Shown here: in pieces, positions 1 through 10,953 of the stretch
How positions within the stretch are numbered: the first letter of the stretch is position 1
Layout: each line of letters opens with the position of its first letter
Source of the DNA: Chloroflexota bacterium
GTDB taxonomy: Bacteria; Chloroflexota; Dehalococcoidia; Lucifugimonadales; GCA-002723415
DNA: 64,000 nt
Reading direction: 5' to 3'
Assembly: GCA_002721445.1 (NCBI GenBank)
Contig: PBKN01000012.1
Coordinates: 8,362 to 72,361 of the forward strand
Made by a program: the position numbers and the translations under genes
The notes under the pieces: model-generated
Seen by the model: only the letters and a program-made list of their open reading frames with translations
Database searches by the model: none
Told to the model about the DNA's origin: nothing

Positions 1-1494
1 CCTTACAGAGTATCAGCTCATGGCTTTGGAGAAAGATACGACCTCCCAATTCCTTTAAATTATTTTTTGATCGGAAGCTCACTCACAATAATAATTTCAT
101 TTATATTAATTGGTATATTTATAAAACAAAAAAATATAGCTAATTTATTTCATGAAAACCTTGACCCATATAAAAAGCAAAATTTTTTATCTAGAAAATT
201 AGCATTCAATAAATTTTCAAAAATACTAATCAATTTATTAAAAACTGTCTCAGTTATATTATTTTTACTCACTATTATTTCAGGTTCTATTGGAAATCAA
301 GACCCATATAAAAATTTTTCAGTCACATTTGTATGGATTATTTGGTGGGTAGGATTGGGATATATAAATGCGATTATTGGAGATGTTTGGAACATCATAA
401 ATCCATGGAAAATAATATTTGAATTTTTTGAGAATAATTTTAAACATTCCAAAAATTACTACCCTATATATAAATATCCAAAAAAGCTGGATGCCTGGCC
501 TTCAGTAATTTTATTTTTATTATTTGCATGGTTTGAAAATATTTTTGACACATCTACACCGTATAAATTAAGTAACTTAATTATTATCTATTCTATAATT
601 ACTTGGACAGGCATGATACTTTATGGCAAATACGCATGGATTGAATACGCTGACCCATTTTCAAAATTCTTCAAAATAATGTCAAAATTCTCTATTACAG
701 AAATTAAAATTCTAGACACAAACAATTGCAAATTATGTGAATTTAATTGTATCGAAAATAACGAATGCATAGATTGCTACTCATGCCAAGAAACTTCTTC
801 TAAAAAAAATAAAAGATTAAAATTCAGATTCCCTGGTATGGGTTTAATAAAAACACAAAATATTACTATGGCTACATCTATATTTGTACTTTGCCAACTT
901 GCTACAGTATCATTTGATGGTATAGTTGAAACTCCATTTTGGGTAACAATACAAATTCATATTTTTTCTGCTGTATCTGTATTTGGACCAAATACAGTTG
1001 CAAATATTAATACTTTAGGATTAATATTATTTCCAATAGTTTTTATCATGTTATATGGTATTTTTATATGGTATATATATATATATTCAGGAAAATCATT
1101 AGATGCAATATATATATTTAAAAAATTCACATTATCTCTTATTCCTATAGCATTAGCTTACCACTTTGCTCATTATTTAAGTTATATACTTATTCAAGGT
1201 CAATATATAATACCTTTATTATCTGACCCTTTCGGAAATGGTTTGAATATTATTGGGACTGCAAATAATACAATTAATATATCTATCATTAATGCAAAAA
1301 TAGCTTGGTTTATATCACTTATTTCTATAATATCTGGACATATAATTTCTATATTTGTTGCACATATAATAGCATTGAAAATTTTTAAAAATCAAAATAT
1401 AGCTATTCGAAGTCAATACCCAATGTTATTTCTAATGGTATTTTATACTGCTTTAAGTCTATGGATCATAGCTCAACCTATAGTAGAAAGTTAA
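1..1494 (+). CDS. Multipass membrane protein resembling actinobacterial 'fenitrothion hydrolase'-like proteins, 5' truncated by window edge
   Basis: The frame is open from base 1 (PYRVSAHGFGERYDLPIPLNYFLIGSSL...), so the listed TTG at 67 is internal. AHGxGxRxDLPIP and VWIIWWVGLGYINAIIGDVWNIINPW motifs, multiple TM segments, internal Cys-rich loop. Confidence 0.6.
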   Translation, partial: PYRVSAHGFGERYDLPIPLNYFLIGSSLTIIISFILIGIFIKQKNIANLFHENLDPYKKQNFLSRKLAFNKFSKILINLLKTVSVILFLLTIISGSIGNQDPYKNFSVTFVWIIWWVGLGYINAIIGDVWNIINPWKIIFEFFENNFKHSKNYYPIYKYPKKLDAWPSVILFLLFAWFENIFDTSTPYKLSNLIIIYSIITWTGMILYGKYAWIEYADPFSKFFKIMSKFSITEIKILDTNNCKLCEFNCIENNECIDCYSCQETSSKKNKRLKFRFPGMGLIKTQNITMATSIFVLCQLATVSFDGIVETPFWVTIQIHIFSAVSVFGPNTVANINTLGLILFPIVFIMLYGIFIWYIYIYSGKSLDAIYIFKKFTLSLIPIALAYHFAHYLSYILIQGQYIIPLLSDPFGNGLNIIGTANNTINISIINAKIAWFISLISIISGHIISIFVAHIIALKIFKNQNIAIRSQYPMLFLMVFYTALSLWIIAQPIVES

Positions 1495-2486
1495 GCACAA
1501 GAAGGATCGCTAGAATCCCATCTATTATAGCTTTGCTCTTCACCAATGCTTAAATTTTGTCTTGCTTTTATCCAGCTTTCAGCCCAAGCTACAGGGTCAT
1601 GTAACTCACTACTAGGGTTTTTCTTGCTTCTTGCAACAAAACCTGGAAATGTATCTCTACCAGTCGGTTCCCCAATTGGATTATATCTTAAATCAAGACT
1701 CCAACGAATTCTATTACTTTTATTTGGTAATGAACCATGACATGTCATTTTATTTAATAGTAAAATACTTCCTCTTTTCATTGGAATAGGAATAGCATCA
1801 TTTACTCGAAAAAGTTTATCAGGAATATGCAACCCAAAACCACCTCTTGCATCTTTAAGAATTGATTGAGGACAATGAGTTTTCAGACCTTCTATATGAC
1901 TTTCTGGGACCACATGTAAACATCCATCTCTTTCAGCAGCATCCCATATAGGTATCCATACTGTTAACATATTTGTCTCATCTGCATCTGCATTAGCAAC
2001 CCCATTATCCTGGTGCCAAGGAGTAGCACCTAATTGAACAGTTTTAGTACCAGCATGAACCGGAGTTCTATTCTCAGGAGGTTTTAATCTGACATGTTGT
2101 ATTGGATTTGAATAAATTTCAGGACCTATTATATCTTCTACAACATCTAATATGGATGGGCTTGATAAAACATTAAAAACTGCAGGCCCATGCCACATAG
2201 GTGTATCTATTTTTATACCATTTTGAGGTAAGGAAAAATCAAAATATTGAGCATGAATTTTACCTGATTCTTCACATATCTTCGTTAATCTTTCACTGAA
2301 ATTATCATCTTTATACTTAGAGCTAATTAAACCTTTATCATATAAATCATTAGCTAGAAAATCTAAAACCATTTTATACTCATTTATTAATGGATCTAAA
2401 ACAGCTTCTGGATCCAATACATCTTCTACTATTAGATAACCTTGTTTATTAAAAGTATCAATTTCATTATTATTTAAAAAAGTCAT
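1491..2486 (-). CDS. Phytanoyl-CoA dioxygenase (PhyH) family Fe(II)/2OG oxygenase
   Basis: WHQDNG metal motif, distal CHGSLPNKSNRIRWSLDLRY, PhyH-like layout. Confidence 0.85.
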   Translation of the reverse strand: MTFLNNNEIDTFNKQGYLIVEDVLDPEAVLDPLINEYKMVLDFLANDLYDKGLISSKYKDDNFSERLTKICEESGKIHAQYFDFSLPQNGIKIDTPMWHGPAVFNVLSSPSILDVVEDIIGPEIYSNPIQHVRLKPPENRTPVHAGTKTVQLGATPWHQDNGVANADADETNMLTVWIPIWDAAERDGCLHVVPESHIEGLKTHCPQSILKDARGGFGLHIPDKLFRVNDAIPIPMKRGSILLLNKMTCHGSLPNKSNRIRWSLDLRYNPIGEPTGRDTFPGFVARSKKNPSSELHDPVAWAESWIKARQNLSIGEEQSYNRWDSSDPSCA

Positions 2487-2621
2487 AGATTTAACTCCTT
2501 AAAAATTAAGAAAATAATTTTAAATATATTACAATGTATTTAAAATTATTACAATAATTGACCTATCATCAAATTAATCGTATTTTATAATTGTTTTAAC
2601 AATTATAACCGAAGGTGAAAA

Positions 2622-4715
2622 ATGGAATCTTTTAGAATAGGAGTAGATATTGGAGGAACATTTACAGATATTGTGTTCTTAGGTGATAAAGGTACTGTTT
2701 TAATAAAAAAAGTAGCGAGTACTCCGCAGGATTACAGTAATTCTGTAATTCAAGGAATATCAGAAGGCATTAAAGAACTTAATATCAATTCTTCTGATAT
2801 CACAGAAATTAATCATGGATTTACAGTAGCAACTAATGCCATATTAGAAGGTAAAGGCGAGCGAATAGCTTTAATTACAACAAAAGGCTTTAGGGATGTA
2901 TTAGAAATTGCACGATTGCGTACCCCTAGATTATATGATCTGTATTATCAAAAACCTACCCCAATAGTAGAAAGAAGGTTACGTTTTGAAATAGACGAAC
3001 GTGTCAATTTCAAAGGTGAAATACTTAAAGATTTAGACTATAACTCCTTAAAATTAATAACTAAAAATATTCAATCAGAAAAAATTCAATCCGTAGCAAT
3101 TTGCCTTTTACATTCATATGCAAATTCAAAACATGAATTAGAAATTTCTAATTTTTTAAAATCCCATATACCTAATATTAATTTATCTGTTTCTAGTGAA
3201 ATACTTCCTGAAATGCGCGAATATGAAAGAACAAGTACTACTGTTATAAATGCTTATATCAGACCAGTTGTAAAAGATTATTTAGAAAACCTTAACAATC
3301 AACTTGCAAATCTAGGTTTTAAAGTTCCTCTTACTATTATGCAATCAAATGGAGGATTATCTCCTGTAAATCTTGCGATAGAAAAACCTATCTTTTGTAT
3401 TGAATCAGGTCCTGCTGCTGGAGTAGTAGGAGCTTTTCATTTAGGTAATCATATTGGAACAGAAAACTTCATGACTTTTGATATGGGTGGAACAACTGCT
3501 AAGGCATCTATTATTGAAAATGGAGAAATGCTATTAGCACCTGAATATGAAGTCGGAGGGGGTATGAGTGCAGGACATAGGCTGTTAAAAGGATCAGGTT
3601 ACATGCTAAGAGTACCATCAATTGATATAGCTGAAGTTAGCTCTGGAGGAGGTAGTATAGCCTGGATAGATAAAGCTGAAGCACTACAAATAGGACCTCA
3701 AAGCTCAGGTGCTGATCCAGGACCAGCATGCTATGACAAAGGAGGAAATAACCCTACAGTTACTGATGCAAATGTAATATTAGGTTATTTGAACCCTAAA
3801 AACTTATTAGGTGGAAATTTCCTTATTAATTCAAGTAAAGCACAAAAAATAATCTCAGAAAATATTAGTGCCCCCCTAGGCATATCTGAAATCGAATCAG
3901 CTTGGGGAATACATATTCTAGTAAATTCAAATATGGGTAGAGCATTGAGAGCAGTATCTAGCGAAAGAGGAAGGGATCCACGTAAATTTACATTAGTTGC
4001 ATTCGGTGGTGGAGGGCCTATTCACGCTACAGGAATAGCTGAAAGCTTAGGAATAACAAAAATATTAATCCCACCCTCACCTGGAGTTTTTAGTGCTTTT
4101 GGCTTGTTATTTGCAAACGTAGAATATCATCTAGTAAAAACTTATTTTAACCCATTAAGTAACTTAAAATTAAAAGAAGCCAACGGAGTACTAGATAAAT
4201 TAATATCTCAAGGAAAAGAATTATTAATTTCTGAAGGATTTAATTCTCTGCAACAAGAGATAATAATACAATTAGATATGAAATATATTGGACAAACTTC
4301 AGAATTGACAATCAGGATGCCCGACCAATCCTTTACAATTGAATCTATTAATAAGATTCAAGAAATTTACATGAATGAACATGACAAAACTTTTGGATAC
4401 AGAGTTGATGAACCTATGCAATTAGTTAACATTCGAATAATTGCTAGAGGTATATCAAGTGAATCCAGAGTTCCTGATAAAATTAATTCTTCTAATAAAA
4501 TTAATCAAAGTAAAAATGACAATAAACGAAAGGTTTATTTTGGTCAAAATATTGGATGGATTAATACTAATATTGTTGATAGATTATTTTTAAATAAAAA
4601 GCCTCATAAAGGCCCAATAATTATAGAGGAATATGATTCAACTACTATCGTACCACCGAATTGGAATGCATCATTAGATTCAATGAATAATATTATACTA
4701 GAAAAAACCAATTAA
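2622..4715 (+). CDS. Hydantoinase/5-oxoprolinase subunit A family
   Basis: GVDIGGTFTDIVF N-terminus, MTFDMGGTTAKASII, GPxxxxxGADPGPACY, FGGGGPIHATGIAESLG. Confidence 0.93.
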   Translation: MESFRIGVDIGGTFTDIVFLGDKGTVLIKKVASTPQDYSNSVIQGISEGIKELNINSSDITEINHGFTVATNAILEGKGERIALITTKGFRDVLEIARLRTPRLYDLYYQKPTPIVERRLRFEIDERVNFKGEILKDLDYNSLKLITKNIQSEKIQSVAICLLHSYANSKHELEISNFLKSHIPNINLSVSSEILPEMREYERTSTTVINAYIRPVVKDYLENLNNQLANLGFKVPLTIMQSNGGLSPVNLAIEKPIFCIESGPAAGVVGAFHLGNHIGTENFMTFDMGGTTAKASIIENGEMLLAPEYEVGGGMSAGHRLLKGSGYMLRVPSIDIAEVSSGGGSIAWIDKAEALQIGPQSSGADPGPACYDKGGNNPTVTDANVILGYLNPKNLLGGNFLINSSKAQKIISENISAPLGISEIESAWGIHILVNSNMGRALRAVSSERGRDPRKFTLVAFGGGGPIHATGIAESLGITKILIPPSPGVFSAFGLLFANVEYHLVKTYFNPLSNLKLKEANGVLDKLISQGKELLISEGFNSLQQEIIIQLDMKYIGQTSELTIRMPDQSFTIESINKIQEIYMNEHDKTFGYRVDEPMQLVNIRIIARGISSESRVPDKINSSNKINQSKNDNKRKVYFGQNIGWINTNIVDRLFLNKKPHKGPIIIEEYDSTTIVPPNWNASLDSMNNIILEKTN

Positions 4716-4736
4716 AATAAATTTGAATGTGAGGTA

Positions 4737-6539
4737 TTGATGAATAAACCTGAAGCTTTTGATTCAGTAACGAGGGAAATAATAAAAAATTATCTATCTA
4801 GCGCAGCTGACACAATGGCAGTAACAGTAGTAAGAACAGCTAGATCTGCTGTTGTAAAAGATGGAATGGATTTTTCTACCGCAATATTTACTGCTGAAGG
4901 GGATCAAGTAGCTCAAGGATTAACATTACCTTTTCATATGGGAGCTATGCAACCAGCTTTAAAAGCTGTAATCGATTACTTTGGTAAAGATATTAAAGAC
5001 GGAGATATATTTGCAAATAATGACCCTTATGAAGGTGCTAGTCATTTACCTGATATTTTCTTATTTAAACCAATATTCTATAACAATATTTTAGTTGCTT
5101 GGACATGTGTGATTGCGCACCATACCGACATTGGAGGTAGAGTTGCAGGAGGAAATGCTTGTGATAATACTGAAATTTATCAAGAAGGACTAAGAATACC
5201 TCCAATCAAATTAATCGAACAAGGATCTATAAACAACGCTGTATGGCGAATACTGCAAAAAAATGTACGCGTTCCTGATATGGTAATAGGTGATGTTCTA
5301 GCACAAATTTCAGCACTAAAACAAGGTGAAAGAGATGTTATTCATCTAATTGATGAATATGGTATTGAAAATATGAAAGTCTATATGACAGATATAATTG
5401 ATTATACTGAACGATTAACTAGAGCTGAAATAAAAGCACTTCCTGATGGCAGTTGGGATTTTACAGATTATATTGACGATGACGGAATTTCAACTGACCC
5501 TATAGCTATTAAAGCTAAAGTTACTATAAAAAATGATGAATTACATGTAGATTTTACAGGTACATCACCTCAAGCTAAAGGTTCTATAAACCCTACTCTA
5601 CCTTTTACTAAAGCTGCAGTTTATACAGTATTCAAAAATTTAACTAACCCAGATATAACTGCAAATACTGGATTTTTTAGGCCTATTAAAGTTACTGCAC
5701 CTCCTGGATGTTATGTAAATGCGCAACATCCTGCTCCTGTAGCTGCTAGAGGTTTGGGAGGATTCAGAGTAGCCCATACAGTTTTTGGAGCTATGGCAAA
5801 AGCTTTACCTAATAAAGTCCCAGGTGCTTGGGGAGGTGGAGAAGTAGCTGTAAGTTTTGGAGGTTATTACCCTAATGGTAAAGCTTTTGTATTTGTAGAA
5901 TTTAACAATGATGGTCCAAGAGGTGGTGGGCCTCACGTAGATGGTGCAGATGGCGCAGCTGCTCCAGTCACCAACCAAGCAAATACTCCTATAGAAAGCA
6001 TAGAAGCTAATTACCCTTTACAAATTAATAGGTATGGATTTATAAAAAATACTGAGGGAGCTGGTGAATATAGAGGTGGCATGGGAATTGTTAGAGAATT
6101 CCAATTGTTACATGAAGAAGCAACTCTTCAAATCAGATCAGATCGAAGCAAGTTTTTACCTTGGGGTAATCAAGGTGGCCACCCTGGGACAAGAAATTTC
6201 AACATACTTAATCCTAGCTCAGATAATACTTTATTACCTTCAAAATTCCTTAAAACACTGAAAAAAGATGAAGTTTACAGATTAATTCAATCAGGTGGGG
6301 GTGGTTATGGCAACCCTATTAATAGAAATCCTAAATCTGTATTAAAGGACTTTTTAGAAGAAAAAATTACATCTAAACGAGCTAAAGACATATATGGTGT
6401 AGTAATTAATAAAAATAAAATCAATACTAACGCAACAAAACTTTTAAGAGATAAATTAAAGAAAAATATTAAAAAAACCAAACTAACCCCAGAAGCAACT
6501 CCTGTAGTCGGAAATTCAAAACCACCATTATTTAATTAG
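4737..6539 (+). CDS. Hydantoinase/5-oxoprolinase subunit B family (possible start 4740)
   Basis: DPYEGASHLPDIFLFKPIF, HHTDIGGRVAGG, RGGGPHVDGADGA, immediately downstream of HyuA-like gene. Confidence 0.93.
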   Translation: MMNKPEAFDSVTREIIKNYLSSAADTMAVTVVRTARSAVVKDGMDFSTAIFTAEGDQVAQGLTLPFHMGAMQPALKAVIDYFGKDIKDGDIFANNDPYEGASHLPDIFLFKPIFYNNILVAWTCVIAHHTDIGGRVAGGNACDNTEIYQEGLRIPPIKLIEQGSINNAVWRILQKNVRVPDMVIGDVLAQISALKQGERDVIHLIDEYGIENMKVYMTDIIDYTERLTRAEIKALPDGSWDFTDYIDDDGISTDPIAIKAKVTIKNDELHVDFTGTSPQAKGSINPTLPFTKAAVYTVFKNLTNPDITANTGFFRPIKVTAPPGCYVNAQHPAPVAARGLGGFRVAHTVFGAMAKALPNKVPGAWGGGEVAVSFGGYYPNGKAFVFVEFNNDGPRGGGPHVDGADGAAAPVTNQANTPIESIEANYPLQINRYGFIKNTEGAGEYRGGMGIVREFQLLHEEATLQIRSDRSKFLPWGNQGGHPGTRNFNILNPSSDNTLLPSKFLKTLKKDEVYRLIQSGGGGYGNPINRNPKSVLKDFLEEKITSKRAKDIYGVVINKNKINTNATKLLRDKLKKNIKKTKLTPEATPVVGNSKPPLFN

Positions 6540-6623
6540 CATAAATTTATATCTATGATATAGAGTATTGTGTTATAATACTGCTTGCTTAAACCCTCTA
6601 TTTTTTAATTAAAAAAGACATAT

Positions 6624-7598
6624 ATGATAGGAGACAATGTGGCTATTTCACAAGAATTAAAAATCGTGACTGGTAATTCTCATCGTTCATTAGCTAATGA
6701 AATTTGTAAATACTTAGACACAACGCTTAGTGACTGTGAAGTTTTTAAATTTAGTAACGATAACATATTTGTAAAATATAATGAAAATATTCGAGAAAAA
6801 GATGTTTTTATTATACAATCTATATCCACTCCTGTAAGTGACCATTTAATGGAATTATTAATAATGATTGATGCTGCAAAAAGAGCTTCTGCAGGTAGAA
6901 TTACAGCAGTAATGCCATATTTCGCGTACGGAAGAAGTGATAAAAAAGACCAACCTAGAGTACCTATAACTGCAAGATTAATCGCAAACTTAATTACTGT
7001 AGCTGGAGCAGATAGAGTACTTACAATGGATCTTCATGCAGGTCAAATTCAAGGTTTTTTTAATATTCCGGTTGATGAACTTAGCGCTGTACCAATTTTA
7101 GCCCAAGATTTTAAGGAAAATGGCCCAACAAACTCAGTAGTTGCTGCTACAGACGTTGGGGATGCAAAAAGAGCCAGGAATACTGCAGATATATTGAAAA
7201 TGCCGATCGCAATAGTGGAAAAACAAAGATTAGGTAATGAAGAAAAAATTGGATCAGGAACATTAATTGGAAAAGTTAAAGGATTAAATTCTATTATTAT
7301 TGATGATGAAATAGGAACTGGAGGTACAGTTATTTCAGCAGCAAATATTTTAAAAGAAAATGGTGCAAAAGATATTTATTGCTATGTAACACATCCAGTT
7401 TTATCAGGAAATGCTGCAAAATTAATATCTGATAGCGTAATAAAAAATCTAGTAATAACAAACACATTACCAATTACAAAAAAACAAACTTCTGACAAAT
7501 TAAGAACTGTTTCAATTGCAAATTTATTTGGAGAAGCTATATTTAGAATTCACAATGGCTTATCAATTGGAGCCATGTTTAACCAAAAAATAATATAA
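6624..7598 (+). CDS. prs: Ribose-phosphate pyrophosphokinase
   Basis: RSDKKDQPRVPITARLIANL, MDLHAGQIQGFF, IIDDEIGTGGTV. Confidence 0.95.
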   Translation: MIGDNVAISQELKIVTGNSHRSLANEICKYLDTTLSDCEVFKFSNDNIFVKYNENIREKDVFIIQSISTPVSDHLMELLIMIDAAKRASAGRITAVMPYFAYGRSDKKDQPRVPITARLIANLITVAGADRVLTMDLHAGQIQGFFNIPVDELSAVPILAQDFKENGPTNSVVAATDVGDAKRARNTADILKMPIAIVEKQRLGNEEKIGSGTLIGKVKGLNSIIIDDEIGTGGTVISAANILKENGAKDIYCYVTHPVLSGNAAKLISDSVIKNLVITNTLPITKKQTSDKLRTVSIANLFGEAIFRIHNGLSIGAMFNQKII

Positions 7599-7635
7599 TA
7601 ATTATTTATCCATTAAGGATAAGGAGAAATTCTAA

Positions 7636-10212
7636 TTGAAATGGCTGACTAATCTATTTGGTGATTCTAATGACAAATTAATAGAAAAAATGCGTATTAC
7701 TGTTGACGAAATAAACAGTAAAGAGCAAAGTTTTTCTAATTTATCTGAAATAGATTTAAAAAACTATACTTCTAAATTAAAAAATTCTATAAAAACAAAA
7801 TCTCTTAACATAGAAGATGTTTTAATAGAAGCTTTTTCCTTAGTAAGAGAAGCATCTAAAAGATCACTAAATCAAAGACACTTTAATGTTCAATTGTTAG
7901 GTGGGATCACCTTGCATCAAGGTAAAATTGCAGAAATGAAAACTGGAGAAGGTAAAACTTTAGTATCAACATTAGCTACATACCTAAATGCTTTAGAAGA
8001 AAAAGGGGTTCATGTAATTACTGTTAATGATTATTTAGCTAAAAGAGATGCAGAGTGGATGGGTAAGATCTTTGACATGCTAGGATTGTCAGTTGGGGTA
8101 TTACAGCATGAAGCATCATTTATTTATAATTCTGAAGATAATGACGAAAAATTAAAACCTGTAGAAAGAAAAGATGCATATAATGCAGATATAACTTATG
8201 GAACAAATAATGAATTTGGTTTTGATTACCTTAGAGACAATATGACAAATCAATCATCTCTTAAAGTTCAAAGACCATTAAATTTTGCAATAGTCGATGA
8301 AGTAGACAACATATTGATTGATGAAGCAAGAACTCCATTAATTATAAGTGGCCCATCAAGTCAATCACCAAATGAATATTATAAATTTGCAAAAATAGTT
8401 CCTCGATTATCAATTGAAAAAGATTACACTATTGATGAAAAACATAAAAATGTATCACTCACAATTGAAGGAACAGATCAAATAGAAAAAATTTTAAATA
8501 TAGAAAATTTATATGCCCCTGACAATTTTAATTTGGTTCATTTTGTAGAAAATGCTCTAAAAGCTAATACTCTTTTTCAAAAAGATCGAGAATATGTAAT
8601 AAATGAAGGACAAATAGTATTAGTAGATGAATTTACTGGACGTCTAATGCATGGACGAAGGTATTCAGACGGACTACATCAAGCTTTAGAAGCTAAAGAA
8701 AATTTAAAAGTACAAAGAGAAACTATAACTTATGCAACAATCACTCTTCAAAACTATTTTAGAATGTATCCAAAATTATCTGGTATGACTGGAACTGCAT
8801 CAACTGAAGCTGAAGAATTTTGGAAAATTTATAAACTAGAAGTTATAGAAATACCTACAAATAAAGATATGCTAAGAAAAGACTCATCAGATTTGATTTT
8901 CAAAGATCAAAAATCAAAAATGCAGGCAATACTTAAAGAAATAAAAATTCGTCATGAAAAAATGCAACCTATACTTATTGGCACTACAGATATAGAAAAA
9001 TCTGAAACAATAAGTAAAAGTTTAAAGAATATAGGTATTAAGCATTCTGTTTTAAATGCTAAACATCATGAAAAAGAAGCATCAATAATTGAAAATGCCG
9101 GGCAACCTGGGGCTGTTACAGTAGCTACGAATATGGCAGGAAGAGGAACAGATATAGTATTAGGAGGAAAAGATATTGATTCAAAAGAAGAATGGGAAAA
9201 ATTGCACAATAAAGTATTAGAATTAGGTGGATTACACATAATTGGTACAGAAAGACATGAATCAAGAAGGATAGACAATCAATTAAGAGGACGAGCAGGA
9301 AGACAAGGAGACCCTGGAAGTTCATCCTTTTATGTTGCTATGGATGATGAATTAATGAGAAGATTTGGTGGAGAACGAATAAAAACAGTAATGGATTGGG
9401 CAGGGATGGACTCGTCTACACCTGTTGAAAACAAGATGATAAATAGGAGTATAGAAAGTGCTCAAACAAAAGTGGAATCTCAAAATTTTGATATAAGAAA
9501 ACAATTAGTAGAATATGATGATGTAATCAATGCACAAAGGGAGATTATATATAAAGAAAGAAATAAAGTATTAGACGAAGAAGCTGATCTAAAATTAAAT
9601 ATTAATCAAATAATATTTGAAAAAATTGAAGAATTAATATCAGAGTTTATACCTGAAAACCACTCTCCAAACTGGGATCCAAATGATTTAATAAATGAAT
9701 TAAATTTGATATTCAATTCATTTATTAAATTTGAGGATAAATCTTTATTTATTTCAAAACAACCTAACGAAATAAAATCATACCTAGAAGCCCAAATTGA
9801 AAATGCATATACAGAATTAGAGAATAGATTGACTCCAGAAATTTTAAGGCAATTAGAAAAATCTATCATGCTTCAATCAATAGATAGTAATTGGGTTCAA
9901 CACTTAACAAATATAGATAATCTAAGGCAAGGTATTGGATTACATGCAGCCGGACAAAGAGATCCCCTCATTATGTACAAAAAAGAAGCCTATGAAATGT
10001 TTCAAAATCTTGAATATAAAATCAGACAAGATGTAGCATATGCCATATTTAATGTTCAATTAGCATCTAAACCAAGTAACCAAACAATAAATAAAAATTT
10101 AAATATAAATAACAAAACAAATAATCCTTTATCAAAAGGACTTAAACTAGGTAGAAATTCACCATGTCATTGTGGCAGCGGTATTAAGTATAAGAGATGT
10201 CATGGTTCTTGA
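7636..10212 (+). CDS. secA: Preprotein translocase ATPase SecA
   Basis: MKTGEGKTLVSTLATYLNAL, TYGTNNEFGFDYLRDNM, MAGRGTDIVLGG, C-terminal SEC-C motif NSPCHCGSGIKYKRCHG; TTG start preceded by AAGGAGAA. Confidence 0.98.
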   Translation: MKWLTNLFGDSNDKLIEKMRITVDEINSKEQSFSNLSEIDLKNYTSKLKNSIKTKSLNIEDVLIEAFSLVREASKRSLNQRHFNVQLLGGITLHQGKIAEMKTGEGKTLVSTLATYLNALEEKGVHVITVNDYLAKRDAEWMGKIFDMLGLSVGVLQHEASFIYNSEDNDEKLKPVERKDAYNADITYGTNNEFGFDYLRDNMTNQSSLKVQRPLNFAIVDEVDNILIDEARTPLIISGPSSQSPNEYYKFAKIVPRLSIEKDYTIDEKHKNVSLTIEGTDQIEKILNIENLYAPDNFNLVHFVENALKANTLFQKDREYVINEGQIVLVDEFTGRLMHGRRYSDGLHQALEAKENLKVQRETITYATITLQNYFRMYPKLSGMTGTASTEAEEFWKIYKLEVIEIPTNKDMLRKDSSDLIFKDQKSKMQAILKEIKIRHEKMQPILIGTTDIEKSETISKSLKNIGIKHSVLNAKHHEKEASIIENAGQPGAVTVATNMAGRGTDIVLGGKDIDSKEEWEKLHNKVLELGGLHIIGTERHESRRIDNQLRGRAGRQGDPGSSSFYVAMDDELMRRFGGERIKTVMDWAGMDSSTPVENKMINRSIESAQTKVESQNFDIRKQLVEYDDVINAQREIIYKERNKVLDEEADLKLNINQIIFEKIEELISEFIPENHSPNWDPNDLINELNLIFNSFIKFEDKSLFISKQPNEIKSYLEAQIENAYTELENRLTPEILRQLEKSIMLQSIDSNWVQHLTNIDNLRQGIGLHAAGQRDPLIMYKKEAYEMFQNLEYKIRQDVAYAIFNVQLASKPSNQTINKNLNINNKTNNPLSKGLKLGRNSPCHCGSGIKYKRCHGS

Positions 10213-10233
10213 TATTTTGTAAAGAATTTTATT

Positions 10234-10953
10234 ATGACAGAATCAATAAATCACTTGAACAACTCTATTAAAAATGGAAAAAGCTGGTTTATATCTCTAT
10301 TAGAATCAATTTCAATTTGGACAAAACCTGAAGAGAAATACAATAATAATAACTATATATATTTTTTAGATGGAGAAGCATTTGACTGGTTAGTTTTAGC
10401 TGAAAGGTTATGTTATGAAATTAATAATTTTAATTTATACAAAAAAGAAATAGAAAAATTCATAACCTATGGCGAGCTACCCGAAATAATATCACTCTCT
10501 ATTTTTAAAAATTCAATTGGTCTTAGTAAGTATAGAGGTTATTTAAATTATTTTTATGGAATTACGATAGAAGAATCACTATTAATATCAGTTGAAAGTG
10601 AAATACAAAAACGCAATTTGAGTAATGGGAAACAGTTCAATCAAGATTATACAGAACTAGCATTTGAAAGTATTTATTTATCAAGCCAAACCGTATTATT
10701 AGGCAATTTTTTTGAAGAACAAAAAATAAAACCTAAAAAACATCTGTCTATAACTGAAAATAAATTATTCACATATTGGTTATTCAAATATAGACTTAAA
10801 TCTTCAGATAAGTCTAGATCTGCAAGTTATACAAAAAAGGGAATAAATCAATTTTATAAGATCCAAAACTCCTCTAAAATAAATAATACTTCTGCCAAAT
10901 TACTAAACAAAAAATCTGCCTTAGATGCTTTTAATTCATATGATAAAAATTAA
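10234..10953 (+). CDS. Conserved hypothetical protein, soluble
   Basis: 239-aa ORF with normal composition in a tight secA-valS interval; no family recognised. Confidence 0.7.
   Translation: MTESINHLNNSIKNGKSWFISLLESISIWTKPEEKYNNNNYIYFLDGEAFDWLVLAERLCYEINNFNLYKKEIEKFITYGELPEIISLSIFKNSIGLSKYRGYLNYFYGITIEESLLISVESEIQKRNLSNGKQFNQDYTELAFESIYLSSQTVLLGNFFEEQKIKPKKHLSITENKLFTYWLFKYRLKSSDKSRSASYTKKGINQFYKIQNSSKINNTSAKLLNKKSALDAFNSYDKN

Noticed and set aside
1546-1740. 64-aa plus-strand ORF
   Set aside because: Antisense to the well-supported PhyH gene at 1491-2486; shadow ORF.
6064-6261. 65-aa plus-strand ORF
   Set aside because: Out-of-frame inside the hydantoinase B gene; no recognisable motif.
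9066-9325. Two minus-strand ORFs (70 and 66 aa), plus 9606..9869
   Set aside because: Antisense to secA; low-complexity composition typical of complementary reading frames.
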